A stretch of 64,000 nt of DNA from Antedon mediterranea (lineage: Eukaryota > Animalia > Echinodermata), in the NCBI RefSeq assembly GCF_964355755.1, contig NC_092670.1:7740201-7804200 (forward strand), written 5' to 3'. A program made the translations under genes and the position numbers. Of the stretch, positions 35,950 through 48,291 are shown piece by piece (positions within the stretch are counted from its first letter, which is position 1; every line of letters starts with the position of its first letter). Under the pieces are notes generated by a model. The model had not been told where the DNA came from. It did no database searches and saw only the letters and a program-made list of their open reading frames with translations.

Positions 35950-37866
35950 TAACACGGTATCTGGGTGTAAGAATGATATAATAATAAGCAAATCTGTATT
36001 TTTAACTATAATCAATCTATACTTATTCCAAAGGCGTGAAACAAATGAATACAACCAACAAGCAAAATCAAACCTCTCAACAAACAAAATAGCAACAAAC
36101 TAGTATGCAGAAGCCGACAGAGGGCGCGCTATTTGACATTTTGGCCCACATTGAATATATCGAATACTCGAGTTTGTTTTGTCACTATCTTTTTTTCCAA
36201 TTACAATAAAAAGTCATGAAAACCAAAAATAAATAACGATATTTGGCATTTTACCAAAAAGAAACACGTGCAAGTCTCGTTAAATCTTTGTAATGTAATT
36301 TTATAGTGTTTTAAATCAAACAGTAGGCTTATTTTTTCATCATTGCGATATCTTGAATAAAATTCTCTATGTCACGTATTTACTACTTAATGACGACAGA
36401 AACAAAGCTTACCGAACTTCAAAGGAAAATCGAAAAATTGAAATGCGACAGTCAAAACAACAATCACCAAGAAAGTGAAAAAAAAACTCGTATTATAAAT
36501 CGACATGATAAATTGTTTTTGTACCAAATGGAGAAACATTGACGTTTCAGTTGTCAAATCTAAATGACGTATACAATTACCTATCATCAGAAAATAATTT
36601 ATTAACATGCAATTCACGCCAGAAGCGACATACTATTCTAAACTATATAACTGTAAAGGCCTTTGTGATAGGACGACCATAATTTTTAAGAAAATAACCC
36701 GAATGGTAACATAAGGGCTTACGAAAATAAAGGATTTAGGTTTGAGTCAGAAATTATATGATGTCACTTATTGAGTAGAGTATTCTAGTCAGATAGTAAC
36801 CGTCTTCCCTCCACCCACAACCAGTGTTTCTATTGCACCCCATGAAGGTGCGGAGTAAAAAGAAACTCTGCATGTATAATTCCTTGAAGTGATACTGTAC
36901 TGACAACATCGAAAGAAACATTACAATTATAGATGGTAATTTAACAATTTAGAGTCTTTATTAGCTTCTTCTGGGATTATTGTTGCTGTAGCCTTCGGAT
37001 ACTTAGTATCAGTTGACTTCACTTCTGAAGAAAAACTATAACTTAATGGAATGGTGGCTCTAATGGTTCAGCTTTTTGTAAAAAGTTGTCACGCGACGTT
37101 GTTGACTGATCGCGTCTATAACTGTTTAACTCCGCGTCCAAAGTTTGAGCACTGCTTTTTAATGGCCTAGCTTCCCGGCTTAGCATTCGTCAATGATTTA
37201 CAATGGATAAATTGAGTACAAGTAGGTGTATTAAAACAAATAATGATTTTTTTTTATATTCTGCTCTATTTTCAACTCAGCTCCGTCTTGTTATTAAAAT
37301 AGAGGAGTCGATATTTCAACTTGTGAAATATTCTCACTATCAAACTCATAAACATTCATTATTTAAAAAAAATATATTATGGCAGGGAGGGCAGGGATCG
37401 ATTTATTTACGTATCAGTAATATATAGTGACTGGGCAATGAACCGTCTAACCAAATATGAATTATACATAGGGTTTGCTATAAAACGTGTGATCCATAAC
37501 AAGCAAGGCTGTATATTGTGAACGTTTGTGAACCCTTTTCTGCTTTAAAGTGAGTTGTAATTAGTTCGATAAGCGACTATACCCAGTATCACGTCTAGCG
37601 ATAATAAACAACATACAGTATCGTGCATATGAATAACGATAGCGTCTCCTTACGCTACACATTAGTCACTGGTGGATCTTAGAGATGGCTCGGGAAGGAA
37701 GGGGGATTGAACTGCTGAATCAACACTAGTGTCTTCTGAATTTGTGTTTGTCTTCCTGTGGAAGCAATACATGTCTTTGTTTATAATGGTTCATAAACTG
37801 TTGTTTTATACACAATCAAAGACCAAAGAAATACGCATTCACATAACTCCTATTGTCACAGTAAGA

Positions 37867-38244
37867 TTTTTTTTTTATTCGACTTCTCACTAACTCAGTT
37901 AGTGAAGGATCTGGACCAACAGGTGGTAAACACCTCTAAAACGGTCCAGTCCCAATTTGCACAGTGGCTGTGTGTGACAGTGGCTGTGTTTGTGTGGACT
38001 AGTACACCGGGGTAACCCCCTACACGTCTCGAAAGATGTACTAGGTTCTTTAAAGTGCGCATGAGCTATGTGTACACTGGACCTACGGTTTATAGTCCTT
38101 ATCCGAGAAGACTCGTTCTACCACCAGAACCATGGAGTGAGTGAGCCTCGAACCCCTGCCGATGTTATGGCTACCTAATTACGGTTCACCCCACTGTCTT
38201 AAACGCTCGGCCACTCACTCACTAAACCGCTCGGCCACTCACTC
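37867..38244 (-). mobile_element. Second copy of the Deu/Nin SINE, with a different 3' tail and a duplicated 5' end
   Basis: 37990-38223 is nearly identical to 31320-31553. The tail (37867-37960) is unrelated and ends AATAAAAAAAAAA. The A-box segment is repeated at 38201-38244. Confidence 0.85.
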
Positions 38245-39467
38245 ATTAAAATAAACCGAAACATCTTTATAACAGGCACGTTCTTCTACAGTAATTCCTC
38301 CACGCTATAATATAATGTATATGCATTTGAAAGGCGTGTACAGTACAATGTAGATTTACACATACTGTACAATACAACTATTTTCATCTCCTTTTGTGAC
38401 TTGATGCCAACAAAAGTTCGTCTGTTCATATAACGACATGCCTTTATAAAGACCACTGTAGTATAGCAATGAAAAAACAAAATCCCTTGTATCAAACTAA
38501 AACATATAGCCTACTTTTATCACTCTTTTATTAAAACCACGGAACTTCAAATGTTTTAAAAGTTTAATTCTTCAATTCCAATAGCAAATACACCAAATTG
38601 ATTAATTTCAACCAAAAAAAGACTTTACTTAAAACAAAATTTACAATTTGACTGAAAAACACTTCAAGCTATATGATGACACAAAAATCGAACATTTAAA
38701 TCTGGATATTAAAGTATAACGCGAATGGAATGCGATGTGAATATTTTTAATAGAAAACATGACATCTTTTCCACGATTGAATGTAAAGTGTATTAATTGA
38801 ATGTATTAAATGTAAGGGTTCAAAATGTATTTTATAGTCAACAAAATTACTTTCCTGTCATAGCATGTGATAGAACGGCAATAAAAGTTAACCTGGAAAT
38901 ATATTACCTACCTAACTTCGGTTTTTTAGTGCTCCATGTTTGAACGTTGTCAGACCCCACGGGAAATTACTAAGTATTTTTACAAGAAAGTCAATAAAGA
39001 ATTTCAATAATTAATACAGTTTGACGCGCATCACGTGAAACACGGCAAAAGGGCGTTGTCACTATTACAATATTAATAAAGTAATGTTCAATGCTCATGT
39101 ATTATGTGTAACATTCACACGTATGGATACGAAACGCTAAACCAAAGTTAATTATCTGGAAATATTATTAAATTTGTAGTGTTTATTGTGGAATAATTGC
39201 CATTAAGGATTCGTATCATCGCCTTTATTATCACTGTAGACACATTTACATTTATCATCTAATCGACTATTATTATCTATCTCATTGAAACGGGAGTGTT
39301 ATTTGCATTTGATGTGATTGCTATGGTTAAAGGGTAGCTAGCTCCGGTTTTAACCTGTCTATTGACATTGATAATAACCACACTTACTTTTTGATAGCGT
39401 TGAAGCAAAACAAGCGTTGTAAACAAAGTTTTTCAAAGTGTTTTTTTTTAAAATGTTATAAGATTTA

Positions 39468-39549
39468 AGCTCTCTCTACGCTATCAAACTTCATGTGACA
39501 ACAAAATGTGATGTGCCCATATATGGACATGATGTCATATCACTGCCAA
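39468..39549. mobile_element. Left half of MITE family B, fused to a minisatellite
   Basis: AGCTCTCTCTACGCTATCAAACTTCATGTGACAACAAAATGTGATG...CATATCACTGCCA. Confidence 0.7.
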
Positions 39550-40210
39550 CTCATAAACATCACTACCACCAGAGTATTCAACAGATTCGTAATAAACATC
39601 ACTACCATGGCACCAGAATCTTCAACAAACTCATAATAAACATCACTCCACAAGAATCCTCAACAAACTGATATTAAACATTACTACCACCAGAATTCTC
39701 AACAAACTGATATTAAACATTACTACCACCGGAATCCTCAACAAATTCATAATAAACATCACTACCATCGGAATCCTCAACAAACTGATATTAAACATTA
39801 CTACCACCGGAATCATCAACAAACTCATAATAAACATTACTACCACCGGAATCCTCAACAAACTGATGTTAAACATTACTACCACTAGAATACTCAACAA
39901 ACTGATATTAAACATTACTACCACCGGAATCATCAACAAACTCATAATAAACATTACTACCACTGGAATCCTCAACAAACTGATGTTAAACATTACTACC
40001 ACCGGAATCTTCAACAAACTGATATTAAACATCACTACCACCGGAATCCTCAACAAACTGATATTAAACATTACTACCACCGGAATCCTCAACAAACTGA
40101 TATTAAACATTACTACCACCGGAATCCTCAACAAACTCATGATAAACATCACTACCACCAGAATCCTCAACAAACGGATATTAAACATTACTACCACCAG
40201 CAAACTCATT
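39550..40210. repeat. 39-bp minisatellite, about 17 copies
   Basis: Unit AAACATTACTACCACCGGAATCCTCAACAAACTGATATT. Produces 13-aa-periodic ORFs on both strands. Confidence 0.95.
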
Positions 40211-40643
40211 AAGGTAGCCTTATCATCTCTTTCATCATCCTCATTACATCTTTCTTTCCTATTTAAATTATCTTACTAATGATCCTTGTCATTGTAGTCC
40301 TCATCATAATTTAGGATTGAAGGTAGATTAACTAAAGAGATGAGGGCAATAATCTGTATATTTTATAATTATTACAATACTCAAAATATCATCAAGTAAT
40401 CTCTATTAGACCTAAGTTTACGGAGCGTAACCCAATTAACAAAACAATTACACAATATCATGCAGTGTGTGAAAATGACATTGCTATGGACGTGGAAAGC
40501 ATGGAAATACAACAGCTAAAAATAAAAAAATCTAGAAAATAAGTTCTAAGCTTTCAGAAATGAGTAGGCCTACATAAGCAAGAAACAGAATAACAAGGTC
40601 TTTTTAAATAACTGTTTCCCCCAATGCAATTTTCATTTTACAA

Positions 40644-40700
40644 CGTGCCCAGAACTAGAGGGCGTAGGTTACTCGTGCCCAGAACGAGAAGGCGTAGGTT
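40644..40700. repeat. 30-bp tandem duplication
   Basis: CGTGCCCAGAAC(T/G)AGA(G/A)GGCGTAGGTT x2. Confidence 0.85.
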
Positions 40701-41075
40701 CGAGCATCAGTACTATTATAATTGTTATTGCTAAATAATATATGCATAGCGTTCAACTATTTAATAGATACATTTACACTTTTGCTACTTGTGTGTATTG
40801 AACTTAAATCTATACCAATTTATATGATATTCTAAATAAACATAATTATTATTAATGTTACACAGACATTCAATTATCTGTATTGCTAAATAAACAATTT
40901 ATATCTAAAGCGGTCTTTTAATTAATATTCATAAACTATAACACAGTACAATGCACGGTTAATAAAGATTGTTAAAATTTGTATTTGCATTTTTGTTTTG
41001 CATAGCCCCAGAGAATAACAACCACGACTTGATCTAGTCCTCTGTGGTTTGAATTAAGTGGAATTGAATTGTAAC

Positions 41076-41114
41076 CAGGGAAGAGTGAAATTACACTAAT
41101 TTCACTCTTCCCTG
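41076..41114. mobile_element. 39-bp hairpin (18+3+18) with perfect 8-bp direct flanks
   Basis: ATTGTAAC-[CAGGGAAGAGTGAAATTA CAC TAATTTCACTCTTCCCTG]-ATTGTAAC. Confidence 0.85.
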
Positions 41115-41569
41115 ATTGTAACTAAACATCACACAGCAGCCATAACTGCTAGGCTAGGTCCCTGGTAGATTAAATATACGTTCTCTTTGTGTTTAGGTTT
41201 ACATACACTCATTATGACAGACATTCAGTACCAGGTTTTGGACAATGTTATACACTTTGTTCAAGTCTTCTGGAGAGACCAGAGAGCCATGTAGCTGTTA
41301 GCTATAGTGGCTAATAAAGCGGCTTACCCTCTAAATAATCAAACATATACACACGATGCTCTACAAAACAAAGTCTTATTACAAGTCTTTGGGAGTGGAG
41401 TTGTTCTGCCATTTTTAGAGAAGTCATCATGGTTCACCCTTTCTCTCTATTATGAGCAAATCATGTTTCTGTGTTGCCTATGATAAATGCCACTTTTGAT
41501 ACTTCTTCTAATACATCAATTAACATGTCTAAAAGTGTAACATAACACGTAACGTAACATACTCGATGA

Positions 41570-41850
41570 CCACTAACGTAACAAAGGTTAACCACTAACT
41601 TAATAAAAGTTAACCACTAACGTAAGAAAAGTTAACCACTAACTTAACAAAAGTTAACCACTAAACGTAACAAAAGTTAACCACTAAACGTAACAAAAGT
41701 TAACCACTAAACGTAACAAAAGTTAACCACTAACGTAACAAAGGTTAACCACTAACGTAACAAAGGTTACCTACTAACGTAACAAAGGTTACCTACTAAC
41801 GTAACAAAGGTTAACCACTAACGTAACAAAGGTTAACCACTAACGTAACT
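41570..41850. repeat. 22-23-bp minisatellite, about 12 copies
   Basis: Unit ACCACTAACGTAACAAA(G/A)GTTA. Confidence 0.95.
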
Positions 41851-43047
41851 ACTACTACTAACCAGCAGTTGAAAAACAAGTCGTTCCTACGATTTACAGA
41901 AAAAGACAAACGCAAGAACGTTTGTGGCCACAATTATTCCAATGATGAAATTATTCCAAATTCCATAAGGCAAATTGAAATCCTGGGATATATAATTAAT
42001 AATAAATGTCGATGTTTTATCCAATCACGTTTACGATTTTATAACTAGTAATAAACGTATGCCCTGAGGTCGTCTCCATCAATGATGTGTTACCTAATTT
42101 GATCTATGCATTCAAAGTCCTAAGCATCTTGAAGACGTTAGTTTTGAAATCTAACATTTAAAGGTTCTCTGTAATCTAAAACCTAACCAAATAATACAGT
42201 AACATCAATGTGTAATCGAATATGATGAAGAAAATAAATACCAAAATTTAACTGCTAGAAATAACGTCAGTATTATTTTATAATACAACGCAAACCTCTA
42301 TTGGTGGTGATGATTACGTGTTATTTCGTAGACACTGTATATTGGACTGAATTTCAAACCAATTGTTATGTTATGATGATGGTTCTTCTTCTGTCTGATT
42401 TTGTTAGGGGCAGGTATATTATGTAAAATAATATTAGTATACTTATTATATTAGTAATATATCTAATGAGACTACAGAACTAGTGACGCACTTAGAAATT
42501 AGGCAGCAAGAAGAAGGTTCATGACAAGGCATAGAGGCAGGATTACTATGGGATGGAAGTAGGGGAAACTTGTTCGGGAGGATAAATTGAATAAACATAA
42601 CAGAAAGTAAACTGGCATTGGGTTTCTGTACGTGGTATAATAGTCAATCCACTACACTGGCGATAACGATATGGATTCAATTCTACCCAACTTTCCGCCA
42701 TTCAGGCATCGAAAAAGCGGAGAAGACAGACATTAATTTCACAAATACATCGAGCCTGGAAAATAATTATAGATCTAATACTAAAGAACCTATAATTTGA
42801 TAATACACGCGTGTGTGTATGTGTGTCATGTGGTTATTGATATTAATTATTTCCGACAAATATAGAACAAATATAATTAATAGTTTTCCAAATTGACTAG
42901 TTTTGAATAATGAACGCGCTGAGCAACTTCGTCTGGTTGCTGGAGAAATTGTTGAAGACTTGTATTAATATAATAATATTAATAATATAATAATATTTCA
43001 TGCTAAAACGACACGTGGCGCACAATATTATACAAATGATAAATGTG

Positions 43048-43160
43048 ATGCGATGGTGCAAATTTATGAGGTGAAAGATGAAATTCTATTTCGGATGCAA
43101 GCCGAGTGAAAAAATTATTTCATCTTTCACCGAATGAAATTATTTGTACCATTGCACGAG
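43048..43160. mobile_element. Palindromic non-autonomous element, possibly Crypton-like
   Basis: GGTGAAAGATGAAAT (43070-43084) / ATTTCATCTTTCACC (43117-43131), outer arms GCGATGGTGCAAAT / ATTTGTACCATTGC, central TCGG-ATGCAAG-CCGA. Confidence 0.5.
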
Positions 43161-44429
43161 TACACATAATTCATTATTGCTTCATAGTTAGGGCTTGTTA
43201 GCAATTTTTTTCACAAATATAGGAAAATAATTGCTTACCAATAGCTTTCTTTGCGCGGTTTTAACACTACACGGCGAATCATATTCACCACCTGATTTAT
43301 TTTTTTCGTGTCGCAGATATTATTACGATAGTAAAATGGAAATGGAAGAATAAAATAGGTTAGTGTATCCAAAGGGTTCAGAAACATATCTACTAATATA
43401 TATCAATTAGTTCCAACTCAACTCCTAGAGGATAATTACCCTTCTTTCTCCAACTTTATCTTGAACATCATCAACACTAGTGGATGATTGGCATTATTTT
43501 TACGACAAATGAACTATTTGATTTATTTATTTATTTGTTTTCAAGCTAAGCAGCTTAGACAGTTTGGAGAGTTAGGGGAGATTGGGACAGCTAATATAAA
43601 ACTGTTATAATTATTATTATGCAAGATTTATATAATATGTGGTACATTATGTATATATAATCAATATCATTATTATTTTGATACTATGGTATACTATATT
43701 AAGATACTAGGTCGGTCAAGGGAAGTAACGAATGCTACCCCATATCACATCTTTATTCATTTATTCGTAGTTTAATCAAGTTAAAAAATAATCCTAAAAA
43801 TGTAGTAGCTCAGCAGACAGTGTTCGGCGTCACTGACGAATTTACATGGAATATATACATAACGTAACTAACCTTCTAGCGATTTATTTAAGCGAGGTTT
43901 CGTGTCTTAACCACTTTGTCGTGTATTTTATGAAGGAGAAAATAAATTAATACAGTTATTACTACTGTACAAATAAAACCAATTATTACCGCAGGCCCCC
44001 ATCAATGCTGTTATTTCTTTTTATTAAATTGCTATTATGATAAACCGAATGCGACCTCGTTATACATAGTATATAATGTTATTAAAAATCAAACGGCATT
44101 CACTAACCCATTATTACTTTTTGGAGTGGCAAATTCTTAGGAGATGACGAATTAGCATCTTTAAATGACCAAACTGCGACAATTAGTGTCATAAAAAACA
44201 AACTCAATAAATAATGCTAATACAATAAGTACTGGCATATTGTCAGATAAAACACAAATATACGTCACAATCTAACGAGGCCGTTTGTTTCTGCCCATTA
44301 ATGTGGTCACGGGTGATTAAATAAACATTGTATGTTTTAAAAAGAATGACACATTAAACTAAAATAATATCATACAAAAAAAAATAATGCTTATGAGTTT
44401 GATAGTGAGAATAAGTTTGCTTTAGTTAA

Positions 44430-44760
44430 TAGCAACGCAACAACGTATAGTACAATACACGTAAATTGACCAATCACAAGTTAGTGATTATCCGTCATAA
44501 TCAACTGTCACTTGCCAACTCGCTCGCGTTGAACTTACGTGATTGTATTGCATCCTGGTGGAAAACCAGATTAAAGATTAAAACGTGGTTCCCACTAGCG
44601 ACGCAACACAAGGACGTAACGCAACGCAAGTGAATTGACCAATCACAAGCGATGGCTTATTCGCTTGTGATTGCTAACTGTCTATAACTTCGCTTGTCCT
44701 TGGTAAAACGCTTACGTTGCGTTTACGTCCTTGCGTTACGTTCTAGTAGGAACCAAGCTT
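44430..44760. mobile_element. Tandem pair of MITE family A: old copy (44430-44570) plus young full-length copy (44582-44760)
   Basis: CGTGGTTCCCACTAGCGACGCAAC...GTTCTAGTAGGAACCAAGCTT, near-identical to 24794-24972. Confidence 0.85.
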
Positions 44761-45619
44761 AAGAACGCAACGAAAGAACGTACGCGCATAGCAACAACAA
44801 ATGAGTTGTATTACGTGCACTTTCGTTACGTATTAATAGTGGAAAAAAACACGTAACCAAAAAACTCGTACTGTAGGTGTTTATGCGTGAGAAATCTAAA
44901 ACACTTTTATGCGATACATTACTGATGAGTTTTTTGAACCTATATTTCCCACCATTTAATATGCTATTGACTCATTACTGACGTTTTATGTGTAGGCGTT
45001 TACTAAATACAGTAATCCAAAAGTACAAAGACAGAACCACATAATCCGTTTTTATGGCAGTGATGTATAACAGCAAATTAATGTTTTAAAATCACGTACT
45101 ATACAGGCTAGATGTATGCTAGAGTAAATAAAGCCATACACTTAGAGAAAGAAATGTATGCTTTTTTTTGTCAGGCGAAAAAAATAATTACATGATGACA
45201 TTTTGGAAGTTAGCTAAATGGTTAAGCTGCTCTCAAAGAATGCAAGTTATCTGCAATCTTATAAGTTATGTGGTTAATTATAACAGCATTTGTGTAAAAC
45301 ATAGTGTTTTATAAAAACGAGTGCGAGTTTATTTTTGAGATATTGCTTTTTGAACATGACATGCGATCGATCGGAGGTATTAGATGTTGAATTAGCTGCT
45401 CTCTGTATCATAATTCAATAACGTAGTCATAACGTTAGTTGGATTGAGGGAATGGTAAAAATAACCAACGGGTATTGAATATCATTCTAAAGGAATTTCT
45501 TTATCTTAACGTAGTGAATTTCTTTACAACTTCAGGACAAAATGAAAGGACCATGGTATTTCGAAAACAAAACACGGCATGCCATAGTGTAATTAAAATA
45601 ATGGAAATGACGTTTCGTA

Positions 45620-46760
45620 CAACTGGTATTGATTATCGGATAACGGTTTTGTGTCGTCATCACTGTCATCAAAACGTAATTCTACAAGGTATTGAATCTC
45701 ATCCTGACATAACCAACATGTATAGGATCCCATTCCTACAAACTATCAAGTAACGGAATAGTGTCATCAAAGCGTAACTCTGTCGGTTATTAGATACTCC
45801 CATCAAAATACTGGCGTATCACTGGGTATTGAACTTCATCTAGAAATAACCGAGATATTTGATCCAATGCCAACAGAATATCGGGTAAAGTTGTCTCATC
45901 AGAACATTAATTTTGCAGGTGGTAAATCCCATCTCAAGAATGGCGTCATTACGCTGAGTATGGATCTCATCTAGAAATAACGGAGATAGGCCTACTTGAT
46001 CCAATGCCAACAGAATATCGGGTAAAGTTGTCCCATCAGAACTTTAACTTTGCAGGTAGTAAATTCCATCTCAAGAATGACGTAGTTACGCTGAGTATTG
46101 AATCTCATTTCGAAATAACTGAAGTAATAACTGAATATCGGGTAAAGTTGTTTCATCAAAACTTAACTTTGCAGGGTGTTGAATCCCATCTCAAGAATGA
46201 CGTCATTACGTTGAGTATGGATCTCATCTAGAAATTACGGAGATACTTGATCCAATGCCAACAGAATATCGGGTAAAGTTGTCTCATCAGAACTTATCTT
46301 TGCAGGGTGGTGAATCCCACCTCAAGAATGACGTCATTACGCTGAGTATTGGATCTCATCTCAAAATAACTGAAGTACTTGATCTCGTGTCAACAGAATA
46401 TCCGGTAAAGTTGTCTCATCAGAACTTAACTTTACAGGTAGTGATTCCCATCTGAAGAATGACGTCATTACGCTGAGTATTGGATCTCATTTCGAAATAA
46501 TTGAAGTACTTGATCTTATGCCAACAGAAGATCGGGTAAAGTTGTCTCATCAGAACTTAACTTTGCAGGTAGTAAATCCCACCGCAAGAATGACGTCATT
46601 ACGCTGGATAATATTGAACCACGTATCGAAATAACCGTGGTCCTGGATCTCATGCCAATGGAATACCGGGTAAAGTTGTCTCATCAGAACTTAACTTTGC
46701 AGGGCAGTGGCAAACAGAATATCTGTACGTTGAATTGCATAGTAAGAATGACGTAACACT
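45620..46760. repeat. Approx. 132-bp tandem repeat, about 7 good copies plus degenerate edges
   Basis: Unit GATCCAATGCCAACAGAATATCGGGTAAAGTTGTCTCATCAGAAC...AAGAATGACGTCATTACGCTGAGTA. Unit starts include 45861, 45998, 46249, 46381, 46512 and 46647. Confidence 0.95.
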
Positions 46761-48291
46761 TGTTATTGGATTGGATCGTATCGTAACCGGTTGGTATTGG
46801 ATAGTTCAGATAATACGGGTATTGTGTACCGTACCGTACCTCTTTAAACGAAAGATATGAGTAGGCATATTTATTCTTCTTGAAGTATTATATTATAGGT
46901 AATGTATCTCTAGTACATTCTCTGCACTGGTAAATTCATGATTGCATATATTAATAGCAAATATTTAAAGTAAACGGAATATTGTTAAGTGGGTAACATC
47001 TCTTCTGCTATCATCTATAGAACATTTAAAAAGACGTATATATCTCTTGAAATAACTATAAGAGATTGTACACCTTCGTTTAGCTTATTTTATCAACCTT
47101 CCGTAAACTACTGTTCATTTCAAACACCCATTCTAATATACAAATTACATCCGTTTAAAGCTCAGGTACAGGCATGAATTTTAAATATAATATTTGGTTA
47201 ATTGTACATAAATCAAATATTTGTAACAGAAATCGAGACGAAAAAACATGAATTTCCCTTAATATGGTCAAATACAAAATTTGGCAAAATTCTTCCATAA
47301 AAACCAGGAAGACTTTTTTTCAGTAGTTAGGTAGTTAACCTAATGTAATAACATGTCTGGTGACTCCCTAGACGGTGGAAAAAGATGGTGGATATACGGT
47401 AGATAATTTTTGCTATAGCATGAAAATAAAAATCTGAAGTTGAATAAAAATATCAGAAATGTAATATTCAAGTTATATTACCTATATTTAGTCATCTGAT
47501 AACATTTTTTACCACACCTTTTATTTTTCATAGCTTTTTAAAATGCCTCTCTATTTACAAAATTTGTGTACAAAGGAATAGAGATTTTACTGTGTAATTT
47601 GAACTATCCCCCCCCCCCCCACTGATAAGAAAGTGCTTATTTTCAACAAGCTCGTGTAACACAAATATAATCCCAAAAATTATGAAACATAGCGGAAACT
47701 ATAGATCGATAATTATTGGAATGTATGATCAATAGAAATTTTTTGCCCGCAACTAGCCTTTAAGGAATGAAATTTAAAAATTCCATTCGTACATAAATCG
47801 CTAAAGTTAATGTTTATATTTAATAATGTATTTGATTTATAGGCCTGTATTATTATGTAGCCTATTTATTTTTTATTTTATTTCTATAAAACTAATTTTA
47901 TGTATGTATATTGATGGTGCCAAATGATCTGCTTCGGTCGAATCAATAGACCACTCTTACAAAGTACAATACATGGATAACAGTGGTTTGTAGGCTCGGG
48001 TTGAAAGCGTAAAATAAAGATTAAAAAGGTACACATAATACTACATTCAAATTATACTTACTTCCGGTGATTCCAGTGTTGTTGAAAATCATCTGTAACT
48101 GCTTCATACTGCGTTATTGTTGATCACAAAATTAGTGGTTTGCATATCAGTTAGTAATTTCAACCCCCTGCTGTGTACAGAGGAAAACAAGCAATGCAGT
48201 GAGGCTGGAGTTTGTATTGTGTTTTATGAGAGAAAACTCTTACCTGTAATCATGTGATTATTGAAAAATACGTCACACCAATGAAGATTAA

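Noticed and set aside
39643-40279. 188-aa and 137-aa ORFs with 13-aa periodicity
   Set aside because: By-products of a 39-bp (multiple of 3) minisatellite, open on both strands, with no unique flanking coding sequence.
41570-41850. CRISPR-like array
   Set aside because: Units are contiguous with no unique spacers, the context is eukaryotic, and there are no cas genes. The same applies to the 39-, 62- and 132-bp arrays.
46004-46455. 44-aa repeat protein (MPTEYRVKLSHQN...) or repeated exons from TTTGCAG|G acceptor-like sites
   Set aside because: Units differ by frameshifting indels and contain stops, and variation is not codon-constrained.
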